Shown piece by piece: positions 1-9,366 of a DNA stretch of 64,000 nucleotides. The DNA is from Minisyncoccota bacterium (lineage in GTDB: Bacteria > Patescibacteriota > Minisyncoccia > Phycocordibacterales > Phycocordibacteraceae). A program made the translations under genes and the position numbers. The DNA lies in NCBI GenBank assembly GCA_038106525.1, contig JAYOEC010000001.1, positions 24,876 through 88,875 of the forward strand, given 5' to 3'. Each line of letters opens with the position of its first letter. Position 1 is the stretch's first letter. Below the pieces are notes generated by a model. It was given only the letters and a program-made list of their open reading frames with translations. It searched no databases and was not told where the DNA came from.

Positions 1-782
1 ACGACTGAACAAAACAATCAGCATGCTGATAAAATGGCCGAGGATCCTGTACCCACCCAAGAAAGTGAACACGGCCGCCAAGACGAAGATTGAATGAAAG
101 AGATTCGAGCCTCTTGCGGAGCGGGCCGTCGCCAAGAATGTAAAGATGTGCATCCGGAATCTCTGCCATCGTTCGTAAGACACGATCAAGGCGTTTTTCT
201 TTTGTGAGCCGTGAGACAACAAGCACCGCAGGCGCAGCTACGAGCTCCTTGGGGCGAGGCATCCCAGCAACAAACGGTGGCGGAGCAATGGGGAGTACGG
301 TGACGGGTCTTTTGGTATACTTCTGCACTTCGATTCGCAATTCCTCGCTGACCGTTCGAACACAATCAGCACCGCGAAGCGCAACGAGCGCGATCAGGAA
401 CTCGACCATCCGCTGCAACGATTCTGTCCGATATGCGGGGGAAAAAATGCTGGTGTGTATCTGCATTTCGAGCCGCGCCCGAGCTGCTCGCGCCGCAAGG
501 ATTCCAGCACAGCCAACAAAAGCAGGATCTTGTGCTGACACGACTTGAACCGCATGCTCCGTAGCAAGTCGGCGCGCAAGGCGGATGTATGCGATGTATG
601 CATGAAGGCGCCCGATACCGCCAGCCATATGCACCGTGCATGATGGGCCAAGAACAATCTCGCGCCCCTCGCCAGCGCCATAGACTACAATATGCAACCA
701 CCCCAACCTCGATGCATATCTCTGCATCCGCTCAGCCGCGCGCGAAGTCGGATCCAGGATGGTTCGATCGGTTGAGAGCATT
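1..782 (-). CDS. GT4-family glycosyltransferase, partial: start codon at ~782, runs off the window start. The ORF track does not list it because there is no stop in the window.
   Basis: Manual minus-strand translation gives a continuous frame MLSTDRTILDPTSRAAERMQRYASRLGWLHIVVYGAGEGREIVLGPS...RVHFLGWVQDPRPFYQHADCFVQS with a GT-B fold and GT4-like C-terminal motif. The short + and - ORFs at 204-795 in the track are other frames of this gene. Confidence 0.6.
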
Positions 783-789
783 AGCACCT

Positions 790-1893
790 TCATAGTGTGT
801 GCAGCACTGCTGCGGTACGATCCAACATCACGGCGTCGGTGAAGGAATGCATCCGCTCGAGCCCCGTTGCTGCATACTGCCGCGCCAGTTCAGGTTTTAG
901 AAGAAGCGCGCCAATGCGCGACTCAAGTGCGCTCAAATCATTCGGCGCTACGAGTGAACCATTTTCACCGTCAATGATTATCTCCGGATTACCGCCAACT
1001 GTTGTGGTTATTACCGGAGTCCCAACCGCAAGTGCTTCAAGAATAAGATGCGAAAATCCTTCGTAAGAAGTATTGAGCACAAACAAGTCCGCAGCACGCA
1101 GGTATCGAAGCAGCGCATCACGGTCAACCGCACCAGCAAAAATAACGGAAGATGAAAGTCGTTCTTCAGCAACGATTCGCTCAAGGCGTTCAAGGTCGGG
1201 GCCACTCCCCACAATGAAAAGAGTAAGGTCGGGGTGTTTCTTTTTCAGACGGCGACACACCCTAATGAGCACCTCAAACCCCTTCCACGGAACCAGCCGC
1301 CCAACAGATATCACCAGCTTTCCTGAAAAATGGAGCACGCCGCGGATGGTCTTTGGGTCGCCAACATCGCCAACTGAAACGCCATTGTAAATGACGGTGA
1401 TACGATCCGCCCGGATCCCCCACGCAGCAATAATGTTACCAAGGTATCGCGAAGGAACAATAACCGCCGCCGCGCTCCGTGCAACAAGCCGTTCAAGTGT
1501 ACGAAATGCAGACGGAACGAATGGCAGCGACGCCTGCTGAAATGTCTCGATCGTGCCCTGATACCCAAACCGCTGCGTCGACTGCTCCCACGCGTAATCG
1601 CCGACAATCTTGAGCAAAAACTTTTTCCGCAAGACTGTTGCAGCGAGAACCGCAGGAATACCGACGGAAAACGGATCAAGTGCGAGGACTGCGTCCGCGC
1701 GTCGGAGCGCGCGGAGCAGCATAAAGAAAAATATGAGATGTCTCAACCCTCGCGGGTACCGTCGCACCAAAGCAAACGGCACCACGACCACTTCAATCCC
1801 CCGCTCAGGCAGCCCATCCTCAATGCTACGAGCATAGGTCGCCGGCCCCCCGATGTCGGGCGGATACAGACCGGTAGCAACAAGAAGGCGCAT
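790..1893 (-). CDS. Glycosyltransferase family 1/4 (GT-B)
   Basis: C-terminal motif ...SYEGFSHLILEALAVGTPVITTTVGGNPEIIIDGENGSLV typical of GT4. Start moved to MRLLVATGLYPPDIGG (M44 of the track ORF) to remove a 122-nt overlap with the upstream GT. Confidence 0.8.
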   Translation of the reverse strand: MRLLVATGLYPPDIGGPATYARSIEDGLPERGIEVVVVPFALVRRYPRGLRHLIFFFMLLRALRRADAVLALDPFSVGIPAVLAATVLRKKFLLKIVGDYAWEQSTQRFGYQGTIETFQQASLPFVPSAFRTLERLVARSAAAVIVPSRYLGNIIAAWGIRADRITVIYNGVSVGDVGDPKTIRGVLHFSGKLVISVGRLVPWKGFEVLIRVCRRLKKKHPDLTLFIVGSGPDLERLERIVAEERLSSSVIFAGAVDRDALLRYLRAADLFVLNTSYEGFSHLILEALAVGTPVITTTVGGNPEIIIDGENGSLVAPNDLSALESRIGALLLKPELARQYAATGLERMHSFTDAVMLDRTAAVLHTL

Positions 1894-1900
1894 GAGCGAA

Positions 1901-3049
1901 CTATAGCAAAGCAAAGACTTTCTCGCGCATTTCACTTGCAATCGTTCCCCATTCATACTGACGAAGCGCAAGTGCACGGGCACGAGTTGTAACTTCATTG
2001 ATAATGTCAGGATTCGCCACAATGTCTAGAACCGCAGAAACAATATCCTCGGGGGCATCTGGCCGCACCACCCACCCGGTCCCGCGCAGACCATCCAAAC
2101 GGACATCGGTCAAAAAATCAGTAATCCCGCCCACCCCGGTGCCGATGACCGGTAGACCAGCGGCAAACGCCTCAATAAACGCGTTCCCCATTCCTTCGGA
2201 ACGCGAGGGACGGACAAAAATACTCGAACTTCGCAAAAGCTCTCCAAGAGCACGGTGCGGGATGTATCCAAGAAACTGAACACGATCAGCGACTTTAAGT
2301 AAAGACGCAAGCATCTTCAATTCTGACTCATCAGGACCAACCCCAGCAATGACGAGAGAAACGCCCTGAAGTGCAGGAAGCGCGCGAATAATCGTGTCGA
2401 TGCCATTTTTATGCACCAACCGCGATGCGGTGACTAGCCTGATCGCATCCGGCGGATGCGTCGGACCGACAAACAGTGATGCATCCACCCCATTCGGAAC
2501 AACGACTACCCGTTCAGCACCCATCGAACGGGCCCATGACGCCAGGTACTGCGAGATACACTGCACCACTGCGGCCTTTCGAAATGCAATGCGGAGCAAA
2601 AGATAGAAAGGAAGAATGTGTGGACGAAGAAATACATGACGGTACGAATCCCCTTCTTGAAGAGTAATCGAAAACGGTAGCACCACACCAAGCATCCTCA
2701 AAAGCAGTATCGGAAAGGTCATATATGCCATCATCGCCCACAGCGCATCGAAAGGTCGTTCGGTATGCGCGGCGAATGCAGCAAGTGCAGCTCGCGGTAC
2801 AAATAACACCTTATCAACATACCGATCACCAAGCCCTACCCGTCGCACGGTAACCGATCCGATTTGCTCAACTGGTGCATCAGCCACACGGCGGCGCATG
2901 GTAATCATTTCGAAGTGGTATGCGCTCTTCGGCAGTCGGTCAGTAATCTCCTTAAGTGCAACCTCGGCACCGCCAACATCGGGGAAGTATGAGAGAGAAA
3001 AAATAAGAACCCGCTTTGCTGCAGGAGCGACTTTTGATGCCGATGTCAT
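1901..3049 (-). CDS. Glycosyltransferase family 1/4 (GT-B)
   Basis: RSEGMGNAFIEAFAAGLPVIGTGVGGITDFL... GT4 signature; N-terminus MTSASKVAPAAKRVLIFSLSYFPDVGGAEV. Confidence 0.8.
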   Translation of the reverse strand: MTSASKVAPAAKRVLIFSLSYFPDVGGAEVALKEITDRLPKSAYHFEMITMRRRVADAPVEQIGSVTVRRVGLGDRYVDKVLFVPRAALAAFAAHTERPFDALWAMMAYMTFPILLLRMLGVVLPFSITLQEGDSYRHVFLRPHILPFYLLLRIAFRKAAVVQCISQYLASWARSMGAERVVVVPNGVDASLFVGPTHPPDAIRLVTASRLVHKNGIDTIIRALPALQGVSLVIAGVGPDESELKMLASLLKVADRVQFLGYIPHRALGELLRSSSIFVRPSRSEGMGNAFIEAFAAGLPVIGTGVGGITDFLTDVRLDGLRGTGWVVRPDAPEDIVSAVLDIVANPDIINEVTTRARALALRQYEWGTIASEMREKVFALL

Positions 3050-3648
3050 TGTGGTATGTCCTCTACTATCTCATACTCGGACCCGGTACGATTCGGTACA
3101 CTCCTCAGCACCAGAAAGACGCAAGCCGAAAGGGCCGCAAGCAGTCCGGCCCAGAGAAACGAGAGCGACGGTCCCTGCAAAGGTCCCTGCCCTTCTGTCG
3201 CAACCGCCGCAAGAAGAAGTGCCTTCTCGTTACCTCCACTCTTCGGCTTCATGCCCTGATATCGAATCTGAGCAACAGTTGCCCCAGAGCGGTCTCTCAA
3301 CTCTAAAAGCTCTCCGGAATTTGAAAGAGAAAATGTGCTATCGAAAACTACTTCCGTCGAGTTTGGATGTTCGCTCAAAAAGGTCGCTGCGTCGGCAGCA
3401 ATAATCGCACTCGCGCCTGGAGCAAGTTCGGAACTGCCCAATGCAGTAATGCGATGGACACTACCTCCTTCAAAAAGCCTGAGGTCGGTAACAATAACAG
3501 GAACCGGAGATGTATTGAGGATTCGGACCCACTCACGGTTGTGGTCGCTGCCGTCCGGGTTGTACTCAATATGCGCAAACGACATCGCACTTGCTGTAAG
3601 AGGCATGAGAAGTGCGAATGTACTGTTACGCAGGAATCGGGGCAACAT
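3046..3648 (-). CDS. Lamin-tail-domain (LTD) protein with signal peptide and C-terminal TM anchor
   Basis: Start re-assigned to MLPRFLRNSTFALLMPLTASAMSFA (signal-peptide-like). LTD-like core FAHIEYNPDGSDHNREWVRILNTSPVPVIVTDLRLFEGG...SNSGELLELRDRSGATVAQIRY. Hydrophobic C-terminal helix LSFLWAGLLAALSACVFLVL. Confidence 0.65.
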   Translation of the reverse strand: MLPRFLRNSTFALLMPLTASAMSFAHIEYNPDGSDHNREWVRILNTSPVPVIVTDLRLFEGGSVHRITALGSSELAPGASAIIAADAATFLSEHPNSTEVVFDSTFSLSNSGELLELRDRSGATVAQIRYQGMKPKSGGNEKALLLAAVATEGQGPLQGPSLSFLWAGLLAALSACVFLVLRSVPNRTGSEYEIVEDIPQ

Positions 3649-5062
3649 ACATAAGGTCGCGCAGCTCACGCTCAGGAACTTCTTTTGGACTTTGTGATGG
3701 TGCGCCAGAAGCTTGGGGTGATGCAGCAGGAGGAGCGGTTGGAGGCCGCGGCTGTTTTTCCTCGCGAGGAACCGACGCCTGAGGCGGCGGTGCTTGTCCA
3801 GCCTTCTTTGCGAACATAGAACGAAATGCATCTGAAAATCCGGGCCCTCCAGATGCCGCCGGCGGCGCAGGCCGAGATCGCTCGGAACGGAATGATTCGT
3901 CAACCTCCGTGCGCGGTGTTGCATACTCGCGCCTCGATGTGAGGGCAATATCCTGCGGCGAGATCACCGTCCGCTCCGGAAGCTGCAGTGCCGATGCAAT
4001 AAATGGTTTTGAGCGGATGCCGTCGATCATCAGAGACACGGCGCACTCTCCGGGCTCAAACTGCTCGAGCTCAGCTTCCGTAAGATACGGATACACCACA
4101 CTGCCAGCCAACTTGAGATCAGCAGGGTGCGGCTGGAACGAAATGATTGATCCTGAGCGCGCAATCGCCTGCTCGCGGATTGGGAGATCGCCTTCTCGAT
4201 ACGCAGTGTCGGCAATCTGCACAGCAATGCTGCGGTCACTCAGCATCCGTTCGACATCAACCACACTAAGATACCTCAGACAATCGTGCAGGTACAATGC
4301 GTGGGGGCCACTCGCGGCTGCTGCAACTCGCGCTGCATATACTCCGAGCCTGACGAGCGGCGTAATTCGAGTAGGAAAGATCCTAATCCTCGAAACATCA
4401 AGAATGATACTGCGCCCAGCGCGAAGCGAGTCAAACGAAAATTTTCCGGATCGCTGCCCGATAAGATTTCGGACCATGGTGTCCTTGGCAAGGTATCGTC
4501 CAGTATCGGCAATAATGTTTGCGGCATCAGCATCCTCAGTTACCAGAGCAGAAAAATCGCGGTCGCTGTCCTTAAGATCGGACCGGAATCCTGCATCAGT
4601 CACAACCGAGTGCAGCATGAGCGGGGTTGTGTGGGGATTTTCCATCGTATAGGTGGCAGCAGCTGAGACGAGCGGACCCTCAGGAACACCATAGAGGGAC
4701 GCGAGAAGTTCGCGATATAATTCGCGACCACGCGCAGTAGTGCGAAAATCTCCTGCAACATCCCACGAAAACGGATACTCGGCATCCGCAGCATCAAGGT
4801 ATATGACTCGTTCTTCCGCTCCGCTTGGGAGTCGCTCAAGGATAAGTTGTGTAAGCACTCCGGTAGCATCAACAATAACCGTACCGATGCCCCGCTCAAT
4901 ATCCTGAAGCGCCATGCGCGCAAGCATGTGCGCGCGGCCGGATCCGACTTTCCCAGATACCAAGAGATGTTGCAACCGATCAGCATCCCGTATCCCGAAC
5001 GGAGTTACTCGTCCTTTAAATGAGGTTGCTGCAAGGTAGGTGATGCGTGAACCCCAATCCAT
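3626..5062 (-). CDS. HerA/FtsK-superfamily (DUF87/AAA_10-like) P-loop NTPase with a degenerate Walker A and a Pro/Ala-rich low-complexity C-terminal tail
   Basis: RLQHLLVSGKVGSGRAHMLARMALQDIERGIGTVIVDATGVL resembles the h-l-i-G-x-T-G-S-G-K-S...iDpkGe pattern of HerA/TraD/FtsK ATPases, but reads GSGRA (K to R, S/T to A). Walker-B-like RSIILDVSR. C-terminal tail PAPPAASGGPG...PPPQASVPREEKQPRPPTAPPAASPQASGAPSQSP. Confidence 0.6.
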   Translation of the reverse strand: MDWGSRITYLAATSFKGRVTPFGIRDADRLQHLLVSGKVGSGRAHMLARMALQDIERGIGTVIVDATGVLTQLILERLPSGAEERVIYLDAADAEYPFSWDVAGDFRTTARGRELYRELLASLYGVPEGPLVSAAATYTMENPHTTPLMLHSVVTDAGFRSDLKDSDRDFSALVTEDADAANIIADTGRYLAKDTMVRNLIGQRSGKFSFDSLRAGRSIILDVSRIRIFPTRITPLVRLGVYAARVAAAASGPHALYLHDCLRYLSVVDVERMLSDRSIAVQIADTAYREGDLPIREQAIARSGSIISFQPHPADLKLAGSVVYPYLTEAELEQFEPGECAVSLMIDGIRSKPFIASALQLPERTVISPQDIALTSRREYATPRTEVDESFRSERSRPAPPAASGGPGFSDAFRSMFAKKAGQAPPPQASVPREEKQPRPPTAPPAASPQASGAPSQSPKEVPERELRDLMYVAPIPA

Positions 5063-5099
5063 AGCGACAGCTTACAGGTTCTCGGCAGTCGATTCCAGT

Positions 5100-6308
5100 T
5101 CATTCCGCCGCACCTGAGGACGACAGTACCTCGCGCAAGTTTGCATACTTGTTCGCAGGATCCCAAAAAATCCACGAAGTCAATCCTGCCATTTCTGCCC
5201 CCCTGATCTGCGCTTGGATATCTTCTGGCCGATAATCTTTTCCGTAGTCAAAGTCCTGAAGCCACGGTCGCAGTATCCGCGCCGGATAGACGGACTTCGT
5301 ATAGCGTTGCGGCGAAGTAGACGCAACCGGAATCCCCGCAAGGGTTTGCACTAAAGTCGATGTCGCAAGCGCACGATCTACCGCCGCACTCATCGAAATG
5401 CGAATAATCTCAAGCGGATGCTGGTTCGGATTTCCGAGATCTCTGAAATTTTTTGGATAGTGCGACGGATAGACCATGGGCATGATGTAATCAAAGTACG
5501 GCATTGCTCGTTCAAGCTGCTGCCCGATATTAAGGTCATCGGTGTTTGTAGTCGTCATGCCGAATAGGTCAGCGGACATTACTGCCCCTGTCGGCTTGAC
5601 CGCCGCATGAAGGTACGCGAAAAATTGTTCAACCGCGTCAGGCTTGTTTGGGTTCTGATATCGAGCATCCGCCATCGGGCCATCGGATGGGTAGCGGATG
5701 TAATCGTAATTAAGTTCATCAAAGCCGATCTCTGTATGCGCGACACGCGAGAGTTCGGTTACATAGTCCCAGTATGGACGATACGACACATCAATAAACG
5801 AAAGTCCTTTAAAATCCTTCCACGGACCGCCTTTGGATGCGCTCTGAACTGCGGACTCCGGATGTTTTGAAGTGTAGTATGGGTCCTGAAACACAGTAAT
5901 CCGCCCAATCACATACACCCCCTTCTCATGCAATGCTGCAACAAATGAACGCATATCTACGGCGCCGCACGCATCCGAAACCGAATCAGCAAGAGTTGGA
6001 TTGTCGGTAGGGAAAGCAATCTTCCCCGTGTAGTCCTTTATGTCAATAACCACCGCATTCAAGGATGTCGACTCGATGAGGCGTACCAGGTCGTCCCGGA
6101 AACTCGGCGTACCAACGACGCACTGCGACATGTAGATTCCTCGCAACGGATCAGGAGTTTGTATGTATGCGTGCTGAGGAGCGGCTGGTTCAGTGAGGCG
6201 AGGTTCAAAAGCCTCTGCGGCACTATCCCACTTTCCCGGCACCAGATATCCAAGCGCACAGATGCCCAAAAAAAGCGCGAGGAGGAGCGCGCCGTATAGA
6301 TTACGCAT
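5100..6308 (-). CDS. Putative glycoside hydrolase (TIM-barrel, GHL10/DUF4015-like), secreted or membrane-anchored
   Basis: Start moved to MRNLYGALLLALFLGICALGYLVPG (signal/TM). Conserved block GRITVFQDPYYTSKHPESA...GFDELNYDYIRYPSDG typical of the uncharacterised hypothetical glycosyl hydrolase family. Confidence 0.6.
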   Translation of the reverse strand: MRNLYGALLLALFLGICALGYLVPGKWDSAAEAFEPRLTEPAAPQHAYIQTPDPLRGIYMSQCVVGTPSFRDDLVRLIESTSLNAVVIDIKDYTGKIAFPTDNPTLADSVSDACGAVDMRSFVAALHEKGVYVIGRITVFQDPYYTSKHPESAVQSASKGGPWKDFKGLSFIDVSYRPYWDYVTELSRVAHTEIGFDELNYDYIRYPSDGPMADARYQNPNKPDAVEQFFAYLHAAVKPTGAVMSADLFGMTTTNTDDLNIGQQLERAMPYFDYIMPMVYPSHYPKNFRDLGNPNQHPLEIIRISMSAAVDRALATSTLVQTLAGIPVASTSPQRYTKSVYPARILRPWLQDFDYGKDYRPEDIQAQIRGAEMAGLTSWIFWDPANKYANLREVLSSSGAAE

Positions 6309-6549
6309 CTGAACCATGCGGCACTTGGGGCTGTGGAGCATTTTCAGCATAGGCATCGGTGACGCGGCCGCCACCGAGCGCACGAAGCATCCACAGTCGC
6401 TCAACACGCATCAGCAATCCGAGAACGATGAGCGCAGCGCCAGCGCCGACCGCAATCCATGTTTTTGCCACGAGCGGCAGTCCGGTAAACGGCAAAAATG
6501 CAACGATGACACCGACACATACCACGAGCATCGCTTTTGACATGCACAC
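6301..6549 (-). CDS. Small two-TM membrane protein (hypothetical)
   Basis: 82 aa with two hydrophobic helices (MLVVCVGVIVAFLPFTGLPLV; WIAVGAGAALIVLGLLM). Same strand and tightly packed between rsmI and the GH gene. No homology assignable. Confidence 0.35.
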   Translation of the reverse strand: MCMSKAMLVVCVGVIVAFLPFTGLPLVAKTWIAVGAGAALIVLGLLMRVERLWMLRALGGGRVTDAYAENAPQPQVPHGSDA

Positions 6550-6552
6550 ATT

Positions 6553-7251
6553 CTAGCAAGCGCTCAGAACCACGACAAACTCGCCCCGAACGGGGATATC
6601 GTGTCCAATTCGTTCAGAAAGCTCTCTCACGGAACCAACCGCAACCTGCTCGTATAGCTTCGTCAGCTCCCTTGCAATAACTGCGTGCCGATCGGGAGCC
6701 TTGTCTACAAGTTCCAAAAAAAGTTTCTGAATCCGGTGCGGAGATTCGTAGCACACCAGTGCATAGCCACTCGCGAGTGCCTGATCAAGCTTCTTTTGCC
6801 TCCCCTTCTTATGCGGCAAAAACCCGACAAAGAGAAATTCTGAAAATGGTAGACCTGAAACCGAAAGCGCAGCGGTCAGTGCAGACGGTCCCGGGATGGG
6901 AACAATTGCGCCCTCGCCGCACCGCTCGCGCACCAGCTGCACCAACAGTCCACCAGGATCAGAAATACCCGGCGTCCCCGCGTCAGTAACATATGCAACT
7001 GACTTCCCTGACGCAACCAGCATTGCAACTCGCTCAAATGCCGCGCGCGGCGACCGCGCGCGAAGTGACAGTAGCGGCTTCTTAATCGCATACCGCGCGA
7101 GGAGTTTTGCGGTTACTCGAGTATCCTCTGCCACTACAGAGTCGACTTCCTTCAAAACTTCAAGCGCGCGGTTAGTAATATCCCCGAGGTTGCCAATCGG
7201 GGTAGCGAGGACGAACAACACATTGCCCTTCATACCAGTACTTAACCACAC
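6553..7251 (-). CDS. rsmI: 16S rRNA (cytidine1402-2'-O)-methyltransferase RsmI
   Basis: NVLFVLATPIGNLGDITNRALEVLKEVDSVVAEDTRVTAKLL... tetrapyrrole-methylase-fold RsmI signature; 232 aa. Confidence 0.85.
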   Translation of the reverse strand: MWLSTGMKGNVLFVLATPIGNLGDITNRALEVLKEVDSVVAEDTRVTAKLLARYAIKKPLLSLRARSPRAAFERVAMLVASGKSVAYVTDAGTPGISDPGGLLVQLVRERCGEGAIVPIPGPSALTAALSVSGLPFSEFLFVGFLPHKKGRQKKLDQALASGYALVCYESPHRIQKLFLELVDKAPDRHAVIARELTKLYEQVAVGSVRELSERIGHDIPVRGEFVVVLSAC

Positions 7252-7285
7252 CCTGAAGGAAGTACAAATCAGGTACTATGGACTG

Positions 7286-8698
7286 ATGCAAAGAGTCCAC
7301 TGCATCGGAATTGCAGGCATGGGTATGAGCGCTATTGCTGTACTGCTCAAAGAGGCCGGATACCATGTTACCGGATCGGACGAGGGTCTGTACCCGCCTG
7401 CGAGCGAGTACCTGCGCGAATCCGGGATTACTGTATTTGAAGGATACACGCCGCAGCATATCCCCGATGATACTGACTGGTTCATCATCGGCAGAAATGC
7501 GAAACTTGATCCAAGTACCAATGCCGAGGTGCGCGCCGCACTCGAGAGCGGGAAGCCGGTGCGGACCTTCCCCGAAGTGCTCGGTGAGCTTGGAAAAAAA
7601 TCACGCGTGCTCGTGGTCGCAGGGAGCTACGGAAAATCAACCAGTACCACACTCATCGCATGGTGCCTAGCCAGCGCAGGAAAAGATCCTTCGTATTTCA
7701 TAGGAGCTTTCCCGTTCGACCTCCCAAGAACCGCACGGCTCGGATCTGGAAATTTTTTCGTCATGGAGGGCGACGAGTACCCAACCTCCCATCAGGACCC
7801 GCGGTCAAAATTTTTGCACCTCGGCGCGCACGATGTACTGCTCACTGGAGCAGTACACGACCATGTAAATGTCTTTCCGACCGCGGACGACTACGAACGC
7901 GCATTTGTACCACTCATTGCAGGTCTGCCTGAGCAGGGGGTTATCGTCGCTGCGCGCGGAGAGGAAACGGAGCGGATACTTGCGCATGCCGGAAGGTCAG
8001 CAGTTATGTACGGGATTGGCGCATCTTCCGCTGGCTATGCTGCCACAGATATCCGCTTTGCTGAGCGAAGCTCCTTTGTTCTCAGAAAAGATGGCGCTGC
8101 TCTCGGAACACTTGAGACGGTCCTCCTCGGATCGCATAATATTGAAAACATCGTCGGAGCGGCGGCGATGCTGCTTGAGACTGGCGCACTGAGTTTTGAC
8201 GAAATAAGCACCGCAGTCGCCACATGCACCGGCGTCCGCCGCCGCCTTGATCTTTTGACTCCTGATTCGTCCGTACGCACCTATGAGGGGTTCGGTTCAT
8301 CGTATGAAAAAGCACGCGCCGCGATCAAAGCAATGAGGCTGCACTTCCCTGAGCGACGATTGGTAATTATATTTGAACCGCACACCTTCAGTTGGAGGAA
8401 TCGTAACTCCATACACTGGTACGATACGGTCTTTGCAGAAGCGAGCCGCGTGCTGGTATACGAACCCGCGAGACAAGGAAGCGAGACGCACGCGCAGCTG
8501 AATCAGGCAGAGATTGTTAATCGACTTCATCTTGCCGGAGTTCGTGCAGAGGCGTTGGATGAAGCTGCAGGAAATGCGCATATCCTTCAAAGCCTCGAAC
8601 CAGGAGATGTCGCGCTTATCTTAAGCTCCGGTAACTTAGGAGGGATTCTTGACACACTCCCAGCTGCCATCACTGCAGCATTTCCAAAATCCGCATGA
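7286..8698 (+). CDS. mpl: UDP-N-acetylmuramate:L-alanyl-gamma-D-glutamyl-meso-diaminopimelate ligase (Mpl-type Mur ligase)
   Basis: True start MQRVHCIGIAGMGMSAIAVLLKEAGYHVTGSD at 7286; the track's 5' extension overlaps rsmI on the opposite strand. Mpl-specific blocks: YPPASEYLRESGI, FFVMEGDEYPTSHQDPRSKF (vs E. coli Mpl FFVIEADEYDCAFFDKRSKF), GSHNIENIVGAAAM, VRRRLDLL, IFEPHTFSW, ILSSGNLGGI. Confidence 0.8.
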   Translation: MQRVHCIGIAGMGMSAIAVLLKEAGYHVTGSDEGLYPPASEYLRESGITVFEGYTPQHIPDDTDWFIIGRNAKLDPSTNAEVRAALESGKPVRTFPEVLGELGKKSRVLVVAGSYGKSTSTTLIAWCLASAGKDPSYFIGAFPFDLPRTARLGSGNFFVMEGDEYPTSHQDPRSKFLHLGAHDVLLTGAVHDHVNVFPTADDYERAFVPLIAGLPEQGVIVAARGEETERILAHAGRSAVMYGIGASSAGYAATDIRFAERSSFVLRKDGAALGTLETVLLGSHNIENIVGAAAMLLETGALSFDEISTAVATCTGVRRRLDLLTPDSSVRTYEGFGSSYEKARAAIKAMRLHFPERRLVIIFEPHTFSWRNRNSIHWYDTVFAEASRVLVYEPARQGSETHAQLNQAEIVNRLHLAGVRAEALDEAAGNAHILQSLEPGDVALILSSGNLGGILDTLPAAITAAFPKSA

Positions 8699-9366
8699 AA
8701 GTAATCCGCGAGGAATTCGGAGAGGACTATGGTAACTACCGCTTTGGATACTGCGTGTGGTGCCACCTGGAGCAGGATGATGAGCTTCGAGATATCTATG
8801 CAGGCGGATTTCTCCCATACTCAAAAAACCCAGAAGAGAAGAACACATTTTATATGGCACGGAGTGCTCGCGTCACGCTTAGCCAATTTGAGCCGTCGAG
8901 CGAAAATAGGAGGATTGCAAAAAGGTTCGATGGACAGGCCAGGCGCGAACTGCTTACTCCGGCAGAAGCAAAGACGGACCCGGAGTGCATCCCGATGGTG
9001 CTTGAGTACTTTTCAAAAAAACACGGCGCTATTGTCATGCCGGAAAATCGGCTTATCGGAATACTTGACACACCGCTCCCACTCAGAGTCGTACGGTATG
9101 TGGGCGACGCAGTGCTTGGGTATACATTTGAAATCGTAGCGGAGGGGGTGATGCACTTTTGGTATTCAGCGTACGATATGCGGTACGCGCAAAAATCTCT
9201 AGGCGCATGGCTTATGCTTGACTCAATTCGAAATGCAAAATCAGAGGGCAGAGCGCACGCGTATCTTGGCACCGTCTACGGCGAAAAGGGAAAATACAAA
9301 ATGAACTTTCAGCCGCTCGAATACTGGAACGGCACTGAATGGATTGGTGGGCGCGAGAGGACTTGA
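8695..9366 (+). CDS. ATE/Bpt-family aminoacyl-tRNA--protein transferase (arginyl/leucyl-tRNA protein transferase-like)
   Basis: N-terminal Cys motif FGYCVWC (ATE_N-like CGYC). C-terminal block HFWYSAYDMRYAQKSLGAWLMLDSIRNAKSEGRAHAYLGTVYGEKGKYKMNFQPLEYWNGTEW aligns with the Bpt/ATE_C pattern YSFYDP..SLG..L..I..AK..G...YLGY...C.KM.YK.NF.P.E...G.W. Start ATG overlaps the mpl stop (ATGA). Confidence 0.6.
   Translation: MKVIREEFGEDYGNYRFGYCVWCHLEQDDELRDIYAGGFLPYSKNPEEKNTFYMARSARVTLSQFEPSSENRRIAKRFDGQARRELLTPAEAKTDPECIPMVLEYFSKKHGAIVMPENRLIGILDTPLPLRVVRYVGDAVLGYTFEIVAEGVMHFWYSAYDMRYAQKSLGAWLMLDSIRNAKSEGRAHAYLGTVYGEKGKYKMNFQPLEYWNGTEWIGGRERT

Noticed and set aside
204-795. Track ORFs 204..548+, 366..701-, 394..681-, 589..795+ at the window start
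   Set aside because: They are alternative frames of a real, edge-truncated GT4 glycosyltransferase gene (1..782, minus). The track does not list that gene because it has no in-window stop.
1901-2022. 122-nt overlap between two GT genes as called by the ORF track
   Set aside because: Resolved by moving the downstream GT start to the internal Met (MRLLVATGLYPPDIGG), typical of GT4 N-termini. This is not a real overlap or frameshift.
3909-4652. Long antisense or alternative-frame ORFs (3909..4652+, 13682..14593+, 17116..17766+, 25097..25876+, 41654..42301+, 52141..52662+, 53998..54615+)
   Set aside because: Each overlaps a minus-strand gene with clear homology (NTPase, SecD, sugar transferase, membrane/HTH genes, MetRS, ArgRS, SHMT). 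Their translations are low-complexity with no motifs.
6896-7285. N-terminal 130-aa extension of the Mur ligase ORF
   Set aside because: It overlaps rsmI on the opposite strand and has no Mur-ligase similarity. The conserved N-terminus begins at MQRVHCIGIAGMG (7286).
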